This document shows positions 47,201-55,186 of a stretch of DNA of 64,000 nucleotides, in pieces. The stretch spans positions 45,570,001 through 45,634,000 of the forward strand of contig CM097883.1 in NCBI GenBank assembly GCA_044892505.1, given 5' to 3'. The translations under genes and the position numbers were made by a program. Under the pieces are notes generated by a model. That model was not told where the DNA came from, did no database searches, and saw only the letters and a program-made list of their open reading frames with translations. This stretch comes from Schmidtea nova. Its lineage: Eukaryota. Position 1 is the first letter of the stretch. Every line of letters begins with the position of its first letter.

Positions 47201-50200
47201 ACTTTAAGAAGCCATTTCTGTTGGCAACAGACGCAAGTGGATATGCAGCAGGAGCAGTACTAGGCCAATTTGACGAAGAAGGCAAGGAAAGAGTAATCGG
47301 ATATTACAGTCGAACATTCAGAAAGCATGAAAAGAATTACTCAGTCACGGAAAGAGAAGCCTATGCGATAATATTGGCAATCAAGCATTTCAAGTACCTA
47401 TTGTGGGGTCATGAAATATATATCACGACGGATCATCAACCATTGGTATGGTTAGGCCAACATAAAGAATCATCAAGTAGATTGATGCGTTGGGCGATGC
47501 AGTTACAAGAATACTCGCCATTCATAAAGTTTAAAGCAGGAAAAGCAAATGCGAACGCGGATTGCATGTCAAGGTTTACATTTCCAGAATTGGTGAACCT
47601 AAACGCTCTGAAAATATGTGCATTAATAGCGGAAGATTTGGATTTCAGCGAACTAAGGAAAGATCAACTCGAAGACGAGGAGTTGGGAATGATCAGCAAG
47701 TATTTGAAAGAAAGGGAAATAGAAATATTCGACAAGAACCAAACGTTGCGCGAACATATGCAGAAATATCAACATAGATATGTGATGGAAAAAGGATGGT
47801 TATTGATACAAGATGGAGAACGGAGATTGATGTGCTTACCTGCGAATAGACGAAAGGAAATCATGACTCAATATCATGACGGAAAATTAGGCGGACATAT
47901 GTCAGCGAAAAAGACAATCGGGAGATTGAGACAAAAGTATTTTTGGCCAACCATGGAAGATGATGTGAAAGAATGGATAAAGAACTGCTTAACCTGTGCA
48001 ACAAGAAAGAACGTCGGAACGAAGTGGAAAACACCACTAAAACCTATGCCAATACCTGCAGAACCAATGGCAACAATAGCAATGGACGTAGTTGGGCCAT
48101 TGCCGGAAAGTTTGAAGGGAAATCAATACATATTAGTAGTCACGGACTATCTAACAAAGTTCCCAGAAGCATTCGCAATACCAGATCAAAAAGCGAAAAC
48201 AGTCGCGAGAATATTGGTGGAAGAGATATGCTGCAGATACGGAACACCCAAGAAAATCCTAACGGATCAAGGAACAAATTTCATGAGTGAAATATTAGAC
48301 GAAGTTACGAATTACTTCCGAATCGCAAAATTACGAACATCCCCATACCATCCACAAACGAACGGACAAACAGAAAGGTTCAATGGAACATTGATACGCA
48401 TGTTGTCAAATTACGTCAGCAAACACCAGACTGACTGGGACGAGTATATAAACTTGTGTTTAATGGCATACAGAATGTCAATACATGCGGCAACAAAGCT
48501 AAGTCCATTCCAACTGATGTACGGAAGAGACTGCAACTTACCGATCGATTTAGAATACCAACCACCATTATCACAGTACATGGAGGTTGACGATTACGTG
48601 ACGAAGTTCAAAGAAAGAATGCAAGAGATCTGGAAAACGGCGGAACTGAACATCAAGTTCTATCAAGAAAGTTATAAGGATCTACATGATCAGAAAAGGA
48701 ACGTGAAAGCACATGATTTAAAAGTTGGAGATTGGGTGATAATTGAGACACCAGAGATAATACCCGGTACGGTCAAGAAACTCCAACGACTCGGCAAAGG
48801 GCCATATGAAATAACAACAGTAAACGAAAATAATGTGCGAGTACGATTGGTGAACAATCCATTGGTAAGACCAATATACGTGAATGCATGTCGATGCAAG
48901 AAAATACCAAAGACAGCAACTCTATCACCAGAGAAACGGGTAATGACAAGATCACAGACGGCGAGAATCAGTATGTTGCGAGTACAACAAAAGCCGCAAA
49001 CAAGTCTAGAAGACAATCGAAGAGAAGCAATAGACATCAAAGAACTGGCAAAGAGGACCAGAGAAATCATACCAGAATGGAAATGTTGGTTCGATTTCAA
49101 TATACTGTCAGAAGTTCGAAAGAATGTAATGGAGTATGCGAAGGATAGAACAGCACACCCAATAACAAGAACGCTGCTAGAGGAAATCCCTCAAACATTG
49201 AATCTACAAGACAAAGACGGTAACACCGCGTTGCACAATGCAATCAAGCACAGTGGGAACGAAAAAGTGAAAGAGATCGTAGAGATGATACTCGAAGGTG
49301 GAGGAGAAATTGACAAAATAAATTGGGAAGGAATCACTCCACTTATGATGATGACGATTCATGGAAGAAACGACGAGATAATCAAGCTATTCGGAAACAC
49401 CAGATCGAATTGGATGACAAAAGATAAAGAAGGACGAACGTTCTTGAATCATGCAATCGATAGAGCAAATCACCGAATACTGAAGTATATCACGGAAAAT
49501 GCCACGTGGGAAATCGACGAACTAACTAGAGGATCTATCATGAAACAAGCAATCGGGGTAAAGAATAGTAAAACCTGGAGAATATTGCTAAAGTGGAAAC
49601 GACCAGAAGGAGATTCGTGGGTCATGGATTGTAATGAAGTGTTCATAAAGGGAGAAAATGCGCTACTGAAACATTTATTAGAAGTAACATACGATCCAAA
49701 AACACTTGCAGTATTAATAGCAAGAGATACTCTACGAGTCAGCGAGAACCCAAGAGAATACAAGCTGGAAGACAGAAAGAAAGAACTATTCGGATTAATC
49801 AAGAAATGGTGCGATAAGCAATGGAATCCGGATATGAGCTTCGAACATTTCTATGACATCCAAAAACAACACAAAGAAATAAGCAAGCGATATAAAGAGC
49901 TGATAGAAGCATTGAAGTATGGACAATTCTTCAGACAAGCAGTGTATCAAGACCAACGAATGAAACAGATGCAAACGCGAATAAGAAGCAAAGCAGTGTT
50001 GTTCAATGCAAAAGCCGATTATCAAGAGAGATTAAACGCAATCGTGGCTAAAGCACAGGAGAAATTATCGGAATTCAAGGAGAATAAAAATTCGTTGGAA
50101 ATACTAGGAACAATTACAGAGAAAGTGCACAGATATGCAGAAGGGGATTATAACGAGAGTGACATAGAAACGATCAAGAACCAAATGCCAGTAGCATTCC

Positions 50201-53121
50201 TATTATCAAAGGATGGGAGATTGCCGATACACTGGGCATTACGTCGAAAGAAAGAAAACGAAGTGCTAGAAATAACGAAAGCAATGGTCAAATGCGAAGC
50301 GGACATGAATACGGTTGATGATAACGGAGATACAATCATGATAATCGCGGCAAGGAAGAAGACGAACTGCAAAGTGCTAAACGAGTTATACGCAGCAGGA
50401 ACAAAAATCGAAGGGAAGAATGGAAAGAACAATTCCATCATAGATATCGCAATACAGTGGAACAACTTCGAGATGATCAAGTTCATAAAGTCCATCAAGA
50501 GACATGAGGACATAGAATACCTGGCAAATAACGTAAAGAATTTCAGTCTAACAGTAATGATACACGACGTAGAGAAAACAAGAGCATTACTAACATGGGT
50601 GAATCCGATCAACAAGGAACCAGTGTTCAAGATCAATGACCATATGGAACAGAATCAGAATTGGTGTATCAGAAGCGCGTTATTAAGACATAAAAAGCCA
50701 GAGATAGTAGAAGAATTCTTGAAGAGAAGAGATTTGAAGTTCACGAACAATCCAAAGGAACCCGAACGAACGGGAAGATGGAAAGACTTGTTCAGAAAAT
50801 ATGTGAATGAATGGACAAATGCCAAAGGAGCAATCAAGCAAAGTAGACTAGAAGACAGGGAACCATCCAAGGAGATGGAAATACGTGAATTCGAGTCTAG
50901 CGCACTCGCGGTTCAAGCGTATGAAAGATTGATTGAAGAAATTAATGTCGAGGACGACATTTCGAAAGGACCAGGGGGTGGTTACAGAGACTTCGACGAC
51001 AAAAGTAACAACGAAAAGAACAACGAAGACAATGACAACAAAAGAACAGAAGATAATGAAAAAGAAAGACAAGAAGAACCAAAGCCAACGAGAAACGACA
51101 AAAAGGAAGAAGCCGAAGAACGAGAAAACAGCGGAACAAAAGATGAACGTACAAACTATGGAAAACGAACAGGAAGTCTACTTTGGAGACCGGAAATGTT
51201 GTGCATTGCGATATTGTTAACAATCATCGGACAAGGAGAAGCCAAGAAACAATACGTCACGCTAGAGATAATTAGAGGAAATGAAGTATACGAAAGAATA
51301 TGCTGGAAAGAAAATCTGAAGAAAAACGATACGCTGAAGTGTATGTTGTCAGACTTGAAGCGAGACGTCATCCAAATCAAAGGGTTGGAGAAAGAAAAGT
51401 CATACATAATATGCGCAGTAAAGCAGAGAGGAGAACCAAAAGCACCTCAAGTAACTGCATGTCAACTATACAAAGCAACAGAAGCGCTGAAGATACAGAA
51501 ATGGATTGAGAAAAGAAGCGAAGAGACAACGAGAAGAACAGAAGTGGAACCAGAGAAAGGGGAGAATCAAACCGAAGCAGAAGAGGGAATCAGAAACCGA
51601 ACAGAGAAAGAAAGAATAACCAAAAATCCAGCGGGCAAATTAACATTCCAACCAGAATTGATATGTGTAGCATTAATATTAATCCTCATTAAGAGAATCA
51701 TGGAGGACATAGATATCAGCGTGATGACGTTAGTAAACATCCAAGATCAACGAACAACGAATGGAAGATGTTGGGGACGAAACAATGAAGTAATTGGAAT
51801 CAGCGAAACAAGAGAAAGTCGGGAAGCAGAGACAAATGAAGAAATCGAAATAACAGAAATAGAGACAGATAAAAAATGTGAACTATGTCTCATGGAAAAG
51901 GCAGCAAACGGGAACAGACCAGGAACAAGCGAGTGTAAAGTGTTCCAAGCAAAGGAGATAATTGAGTTCCCAAAAAGAAAGAAACAAGATCAAGAAATGA
52001 TTGCGAATGAGGTAGTAACAGTGGAGATAAAAAACATGGGTCGGAGAACAATTGGGATGTGTTGGAGAAAATACATCGGAGTATCGACCAGTCACGTAAT
52101 ACCGCAATGCAGGACGAGAGAACGAGGAATCCCGTTTCAACTAAATGGATTCGAAGTCGGACAAGCCTACGAAATTTGCGTAATCCGAAGAATAAGAGAA
52201 GTAATACAAAGAAGCCTGGAGTGCAAACTGTACAAGACGCCAGAGCAAATTAACGGAACAAGAACGATCGAAATGGGAGGAAGTCGACAGAGGAAAAGAA
52301 AGTCAAGAAGAACCACGACAACCAACAGTCAAGAAACTCAACAGACAACAACGGAAAGGACGTCAATAAAAAACGAACCGGAATCAACGACTCTGATAAT
52401 ATGGAAGATCCATAAAAAGGTCCTAGAAATCTGTTGGACATTAATGCCAAACAGTATGAGAGAGTCTCCACGAAACTGTCAAAAGACATCAAATGACAAA
52501 AGGGAAATAATCGAGGTAGAAATGAGGAGGTTGAAAACAAACGCGGAATACGAAGTGTGTGCAATCGAAGAAGTAGACGCACAAGGAAATCAACAAGAAA
52601 GGTGCGAAACCTATTACACGCCAAGGAACATAACGATAAAAGGGGGAACCCGCAAGTTAGAATTCCGAGAATTGAGTCAGAAGAGAGAACAAAACGAGAA
52701 GGAAGAAACAATACCAAATCAACAAGAAAAATGGGAACCAGAGAAAGTGATCGAAGAAGTCAGACGGAGACAACAACAATACGAACAATGGGAAGCAGAA
52801 TGGAAAGGTCAATATGGCGTGATGATAAACCAAAGTGAAACTCCGAAGATGAGCATTGGGAAAACAATAATGGGATTAATCAGCATGGGAGTATTCATAG
52901 GGTGTATACCGCTGATAACGATCATGATAGTATGTTGGAGATATGGCATGAGAAATAAGACCATAGCAGTAAAGTGGCCGGACGTAAAGGTCACGAATTA
53001 CAACATAAAACTACCAAAGGAAGTACGAGAAGAACTGAAAAGACGATCAAAACACGAAGAGATGTGGGTACAGATCGAAGACGAAGAACTGTACGAAGGA
53101 AAACCAGTGATAGTTGTATAG
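38242..53121 (+). CDS. gag-pol: 4959-aa polyprotein Gag-ZnK3-UBL2-BCL2-Env-PR-RT-RH-IN-ANK-FN3-like-TM
   Basis: CCHC x3 (38959-39110); IDTGA (45568); YIDD (46783); ATDASG (47221); HHCC, MDVVGP and LSPFQLMYGR integrase; ANK (DKDGNTALHNA, EGITPLM, DGRLPIHWA); BH2-like YILRKGGWEKF (42979); glycoprotein 43130-45050. Confidence 0.95.
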   Translation: MSDHREDLREKFKGEPFNGDASRLDTFLKEFGIFVDICGWSAETLANRIPLYLKDSALDLYIEKRSGSNPPRTWEAIKEFFQQTFGINKVLNEAFDEFSARKQRRNESNAVYASELRKLAKLAFNRGSPVDEELMTALFVRGLRRPDIRAQVGCKGCKTVDEALEAANLFELHMAMNDMRITAVMGKTTEDEEQGKRNMNQSIPHSQRLFKEPPARKNNGYITVNTNGGNSYNDRQNRQCQTCGKNGHWQQDCFQNVACKLCGQKGHSENRCYGKTCYTCGKTGHMSKDCNQQRSWSNSGNRPNYGNRPSYGNQGQQRNNPNSSANEASMKEAKLRQEVSRLHEIIESMAKGSQQAAQPKINMIQLIEAEAERENRESQQKHNQEWARIRREEEQVRQQRLQQLKKGNPRINMMRAMMEEKQQDESDELEVKEKRNEEQKQEEVNQEVEAAEQNQKVEEVEKETNQEEEVRIKQRGMLVIMPNDHVWRFKYDVKEEVGKLFNKVNKMIPGVTKLPREAFLQTEDLPEVKLKMTDTWEDMGVTETKINVMIIREVEPEKIPPPVKHQTRISRIFKGKIRRRRLEEIDELEKRMGKAEVTGNESELTQEVSKNEARPIAHIGMLRHPRQELSDEEDDSEVSSLAGDMLKEPENEDKKMEVVETIETVSVKEDEIQKLMDNALEVIHNEEFIDSKRHRKFIRAVWQMKYKEWLQEREVRIIQEFIEKLLKEPLNEYIIQIWINECSPRIWIRNPMTDGIYRWVEDRLGSSYKDKFIYSENGLVKKGTHMIDTGIWPGEITTLSICNTKKEENLQGIVKEANTCYEMRIKPQLIEAKERILAENLNTMIEQIIQQIKKHRKELTKSEYENLKQCIENIRDTSQTRHSNFKTDKLIAKMGKEMFKRGEISDLRITVRLPNEETRQIEVIPDSKVGEIVDVINETILQREREDEFEDDIAIKYKEHLLNERDERRAYKIGIWDNYQTIHVIRMDDVPRATPRDEERKKKRREDVMRKLRQIVEIYRNWQMKPEWETILGELDLNRRRLTPVEKQWDNKEKCWKVKRGVYEEDPEGEDRYERNTKRICMVTRRILPTDLDGPETAVIWAELEKQKTSELIELLRGNTRGKRQTIKGLAQFIITNGEDITNLRKVAKAIAEYKRVNEWCPEQLDDVIKKWRNKEFAEETPQKIHLRIMYPNQRKEEFWVMLTEKVKSVKEKLMYELPFHLQHQGRSLDNNLEIWLTPVQLDLMNTLTVAQIVGQPLKFKEEKKTKGSMSTPSPKKSTMTPGTSSGQTRTTPVKIREGTPPEAYDVDEILTDSDEAIEELTKLTQKPTANIFDRIIEMPITSPAEIDDQGVEQEVVIEMVNDSEDEQEQPQFTQEMERWLEQRANEGRDVTEETGRATRFVETGTGMEKRPRGRPKIDPATTIPKTREERRQEQWEICLKKLDKIAEIRGKEENQVCQGEEWLTKTIMDVLAIIDPELKNLWRINEPSTKARMLHNAITPIMPELIKAKTKSNHLDWQGTTMLIKRLLNGAETDSKYMVAISYTIYNLLTLSRGSPKSSPMGRHIKNTAMIIEKEIEPYILRKGGWEKFIKENQTKEGSNVMRKKLEGVLREMENRQTMQENGRSTLNLNSIIMMMLVWLLSTEGVTTFEVFDCDQMKLGEKYSLRGTEQCKDATPVELKEIKKEQWYHLYQEAELIKTMVNECKVQKTRFAFYCGRGHYSAIVMPGTEREPIVLQGEDCEALFKHGEVTTRDKIKIKGKPGMMLQQTYYVAGRITGGEGYCQGETYPIFGAPATNLVVMDTYIVELKSYEAFFEPTTGEMKTLSMCKIDRSMCQTGMSTLVYKPKVNECQLQLLQGAKFDEIQGKTFQEEDDDDKARAKHLKEALENKRQLKSEQREKRIEMRTTPTVLITTNQDVGMRFIKGKATLKCSTTVYETNYPGIYVSKQEVPNAKPKIDTMDIKLHLYVNNKMDFLFHRGQASLQKVYYDLINNDCILNREILKTKLAVAITNPDSAMPLLPLREGHFGRVVGEAMYVYICEKTHASLAATTQLKPGQCTNELEIDYKGKVRYVQPVTRIINPPGFEPNPFNCSNAYGPLYQKPDGKWVMFPGRTEVLAPREFELMQLSKDRQFSDVDVSNNGIYSPKDLEAARQNILFPARREALLSNIVTITGGTNYREGPNYELLLSPAHFKKATENMMKAMWGRFLIFGQMMAGILGVILIIQIVRVIITQMLACFDIYKREKKVNWKMVVGFLPFLAKTMVLHGHSKDIHRIKRLLKILAKMKGTNEDVGRKFKKIMQDEQARRQLKKERKGLWERVRGYRTQDDSSNDDDDDDDRGGQANINQIPQYNEKSTVENWRYSAPPQSMYNEPIYKAKPNMMQMMPMTSRYPIIPEDCKVKRGGSVNSLEDTHTIAVMSTNMGPILTTTVEINGREIEAMIDTGANISAIDINYIPEKNQGEIEKTNVHVIACSQETVEVAGRWFVKIKHRGAEINTYIAVIPSLSVPCIIGTDLMPDLFKEIVIDLGAMKLKDRTGKICRMKVKVASAEQIVVPARHEMMCYVKIDSTIKGDMVFEPSKKFEAKKELPMARELVTINQEGEIPINLVNFDEEDKIIYENENLGKLTPMSEIEIPDKNEKSKDELPWKIDSVLLDERQKEQLQKLLMEYKDIFATSDLDLGTCDVTLHTIPLTDETPIALRPYKLAEAQKAVAEEEVQKMLDAEVIEPSCSPWQFPVVMVKKKDGTQRFCIDYRRLNAVTKRDTYPLPDINEMLLTLQGAAYFTSLDLKSGYWQIKMKDEDKEKTAFTIGRDLYQFKKMPFGLTNAPASFQRCMNFVTHGIKQCMVYIDDLLIYSATFEDHLQDIRNVFVKLRQWKLKLKPSKCDWAKEKVTFLGHIVSAKGKEPDPRNIEKVKECPPPKTVTQIQEFLGLCGYYRKFIKDYAGISKPMQELVRQDVSFVWGEEQQAAFETLRDKLITAPILAHPDFKKPFLLATDASGYAAGAVLGQFDEEGKERVIGYYSRTFRKHEKNYSVTEREAYAIILAIKHFKYLLWGHEIYITTDHQPLVWLGQHKESSSRLMRWAMQLQEYSPFIKFKAGKANANADCMSRFTFPELVNLNALKICALIAEDLDFSELRKDQLEDEELGMISKYLKEREIEIFDKNQTLREHMQKYQHRYVMEKGWLLIQDGERRLMCLPANRRKEIMTQYHDGKLGGHMSAKKTIGRLRQKYFWPTMEDDVKEWIKNCLTCATRKNVGTKWKTPLKPMPIPAEPMATIAMDVVGPLPESLKGNQYILVVTDYLTKFPEAFAIPDQKAKTVARILVEEICCRYGTPKKILTDQGTNFMSEILDEVTNYFRIAKLRTSPYHPQTNGQTERFNGTLIRMLSNYVSKHQTDWDEYINLCLMAYRMSIHAATKLSPFQLMYGRDCNLPIDLEYQPPLSQYMEVDDYVTKFKERMQEIWKTAELNIKFYQESYKDLHDQKRNVKAHDLKVGDWVIIETPEIIPGTVKKLQRLGKGPYEITTVNENNVRVRLVNNPLVRPIYVNACRCKKIPKTATLSPEKRVMTRSQTARISMLRVQQKPQTSLEDNRREAIDIKELAKRTREIIPEWKCWFDFNILSEVRKNVMEYAKDRTAHPITRTLLEEIPQTLNLQDKDGNTALHNAIKHSGNEKVKEIVEMILEGGGEIDKINWEGITPLMMMTIHGRNDEIIKLFGNTRSNWMTKDKEGRTFLNHAIDRANHRILKYITENATWEIDELTRGSIMKQAIGVKNSKTWRILLKWKRPEGDSWVMDCNEVFIKGENALLKHLLEVTYDPKTLAVLIARDTLRVSENPREYKLEDRKKELFGLIKKWCDKQWNPDMSFEHFYDIQKQHKEISKRYKELIEALKYGQFFRQAVYQDQRMKQMQTRIRSKAVLFNAKADYQERLNAIVAKAQEKLSEFKENKNSLEILGTITEKVHRYAEGDYNESDIETIKNQMPVAFLLSKDGRLPIHWALRRKKENEVLEITKAMVKCEADMNTVDDNGDTIMIIAARKKTNCKVLNELYAAGTKIEGKNGKNNSIIDIAIQWNNFEMIKFIKSIKRHEDIEYLANNVKNFSLTVMIHDVEKTRALLTWVNPINKEPVFKINDHMEQNQNWCIRSALLRHKKPEIVEEFLKRRDLKFTNNPKEPERTGRWKDLFRKYVNEWTNAKGAIKQSRLEDREPSKEMEIREFESSALAVQAYERLIEEINVEDDISKGPGGGYRDFDDKSNNEKNNEDNDNKRTEDNEKERQEEPKPTRNDKKEEAEERENSGTKDERTNYGKRTGSLLWRPEMLCIAILLTIIGQGEAKKQYVTLEIIRGNEVYERICWKENLKKNDTLKCMLSDLKRDVIQIKGLEKEKSYIICAVKQRGEPKAPQVTACQLYKATEALKIQKWIEKRSEETTRRTEVEPEKGENQTEAEEGIRNRTEKERITKNPAGKLTFQPELICVALILILIKRIMEDIDISVMTLVNIQDQRTTNGRCWGRNNEVIGISETRESREAETNEEIEITEIETDKKCELCLMEKAANGNRPGTSECKVFQAKEIIEFPKRKKQDQEMIANEVVTVEIKNMGRRTIGMCWRKYIGVSTSHVIPQCRTRERGIPFQLNGFEVGQAYEICVIRRIREVIQRSLECKLYKTPEQINGTRTIEMGGSRQRKRKSRRTTTTNSQETQQTTTERTSIKNEPESTTLIIWKIHKKVLEICWTLMPNSMRESPRNCQKTSNDKREIIEVEMRRLKTNAEYEVCAIEEVDAQGNQQERCETYYTPRNITIKGGTRKLEFRELSQKREQNEKEETIPNQQEKWEPEKVIEEVRRRQQQYEQWEAEWKGQYGVMINQSETPKMSIGKTIMGLISMGVFIGCIPLITIMIVCWRYGMRNKTIAVKWPDVKVTNYNIKLPKEVREELKRRSKHEEMWVQIEDEELYEGKPVIVV

Positions 53122-53244
53122 AGGGTGGAATATGAGTGTAAATAGTATTGTAAAAACCAATGCATAACCGTATACGTATGGGTATAAATATTATAAAACA
53201 TAAAAACAAGAAAAAGAGAATGATGTATATAATCTAGAAAAACG

Positions 53245-53595
53245 ATGAATCAAGAAACCACAGAGATGTCGATGATGACAAGATGGAAAGTGCAATGTGA
53301 CCTGCTAGCCAGAACAGTAAATGAATTACAGAGCCAGTTGACGGCAAAAACGCAATTATTAACCGAGAGTTATAACTGTAATTTCGAAGCAATGAACAAA
53401 ATCGAGATCCAACAAATACAGATAAACGAATTACAGAACGAGAACCGAACATTAAATGAAGTGAACAACTGGCAAGCAGAGGAAATTGATCGATTAACGA
53501 GACATGAAGAGGAGGAGATACCGGATAGTTGGACGAGCTGGATTGTAAATGAGATAGACGTGTATCCAGAGCCAGATTCAACGGAGGATGTATAG
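53245..53595 (+). CDS. Small coiled-coil protein with acidic tail
   Basis: Heptad-rich LARTVNELQSQL..LQNENRTL; ends YPEPDSTEDV. Confidence 0.65.
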   Translation: MNQETTEMSMMTRWKVQCDLLARTVNELQSQLTAKTQLLTESYNCNFEAMNKIEIQQIQINELQNENRTLNEVNNWQAEEIDRLTRHEEEEIPDSWTSWIVNEIDVYPEPDSTEDV

Positions 53596-53684
53596 TGAAT
53601 AAGCGGAAAATTGTGTAAATACGTGTAAATAAAGAACCAGAAAAATCAAAAATATGGGGAAATTGATGTAAATATTGTTGTAGA

Positions 53685-55097
53685 ATGAGAGCAGAAAGCG
53701 AAGCAGATTACCAAACAATCGAGATTCTAAGAGGAGAGAATCGACAATGGGGAGTAAATGTGACGTGTGTAAAGTGTAAAAATTTACTGTTAAAACCGAG
53801 ACAAACCGAATGTGGTTGCAGGATGTGCACCAAATGTATACTACAAATAATCAGTGAAAGTGAGACAAGAAAGTGTCCAGAGTGTGAAGATAAACTACTA
53901 ATCAACGAGACGAAACCAGATAAAGCAATACAAAAGGAGATCTGGAAGATAAAAACAGAATGTATAAACCAACCATGTGAGTGGAAAGGTCAAATAATCG
54001 AGCTAAGACAACATCTGGAGAAATGCAAAAATAAGAAAACGATATGTGAAAAGTGTCAACAGACGATAACCATCAAGCAGTCGAAAAAGCACAAGGATGA
54101 GTGCAAAGCAGAGATAGTAGAGTGTCAATACTGCAAACAAAGAGAGACGAGAGAAGTAATCGAAACAGAGCATCTCAACGTAGCAGAAGAGAAAGTGTGC
54201 GGAAAATTCAGAGGAATTTGTCCAAGTAATTGTGGAGCCAGAGAAGAGGTGATGTTGAAAGAACATTGGGAACAGTGCGAATCAAGACCAAGAAGGTGCG
54301 TATGGAGTAAACAAGGATGTTTAGTAAAGAAAACGAGCAAAGAAATGAAAGAGCATTTAGAAACAGAGACAGTACAACACGCAGAGATGCTAACAGAAAA
54401 TTTAAACGGAATGGAACAAACCATACAGAAGCTGGGAAAAGAAATCGAATCTCAGAGAATAATGACGGAGTTATTACTAGAAACAAGAGAGCAATTCGAG
54501 CTCACCAGAGAGAAAATGATGGAGAAAATCAAAGTCATAGAGACATTGGTAAAAGAAGTAAACGTGCGACATCAAATGTGGGTGCGAGATGCAGAGGATA
54601 TCGAGAGTTTACCTGTTGCACCATATATATGGAAAATCAAGAATTTCAACGAAAAGTTCGCAGCAGCAAAAGCAGGAAGTCAAGTGTCGGTAACAAGTCC
54701 ACCATTCTATCTGTGGAAAAATGGATACAAAGTCCGGATGAGAATTTATCCAAATGGAGATGGATCAGGAAAGGAAACGCATGTGTCATTATTCTTTGCG
54801 TTGTGTAAAGGTGGTTACGACGACATATTAGAATGGCCACTAGAAACAAAGGCTATAATGAGAGTGAAAAACTCGAAAGAAACAATAGCGAGAGTATTCA
54901 AAATTGATGGTAAGCACGAAGCTTACAAAAGACCAACCACAGAATGTTCATTAGCGACTGGAGAACCAAAATTCATACCACACCAAACAATGTGGGAAAT
55001 GTTGTACGACGACAACTTATATGTAGAGTTGGAGATCGAAAAGAAAACAAGTACAACAGTGATGAACACGAAGTCAACGAAAGGATGGTTAGAGTAG
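53685..55097 (+). CDS. traf: Full-length TRAF-family protein (RING, TRAF zinc fingers, coiled coil, MATH)
   Basis: CVKC..LL.KPRQTECGCRMC..C...CPEC; YIWKIKNF; SPPFY...GYKVRMRIYPNGDGSGKETHVSLFF; DDILEWP. Confidence 0.93.
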   Translation: MRAESEADYQTIEILRGENRQWGVNVTCVKCKNLLLKPRQTECGCRMCTKCILQIISESETRKCPECEDKLLINETKPDKAIQKEIWKIKTECINQPCEWKGQIIELRQHLEKCKNKKTICEKCQQTITIKQSKKHKDECKAEIVECQYCKQRETREVIETEHLNVAEEKVCGKFRGICPSNCGAREEVMLKEHWEQCESRPRRCVWSKQGCLVKKTSKEMKEHLETETVQHAEMLTENLNGMEQTIQKLGKEIESQRIMTELLLETREQFELTREKMMEKIKVIETLVKEVNVRHQMWVRDAEDIESLPVAPYIWKIKNFNEKFAAAKAGSQVSVTSPPFYLWKNGYKVRMRIYPNGDGSGKETHVSLFFALCKGGYDDILEWPLETKAIMRVKNSKETIARVFKIDGKHEAYKRPTTECSLATGEPKFIPHQTMWEMLYDDNLYVELEIEKKTSTTVMNTKSTKGWLE

Positions 55098-55186
55098 TCA
55101 GAGTGAACGACCCTGTAAATAAAGTGTAAAAATCGACAACAACAATAAACGTATAGTGTAACAAGTGTAAATTTGTAAATTGCAGA

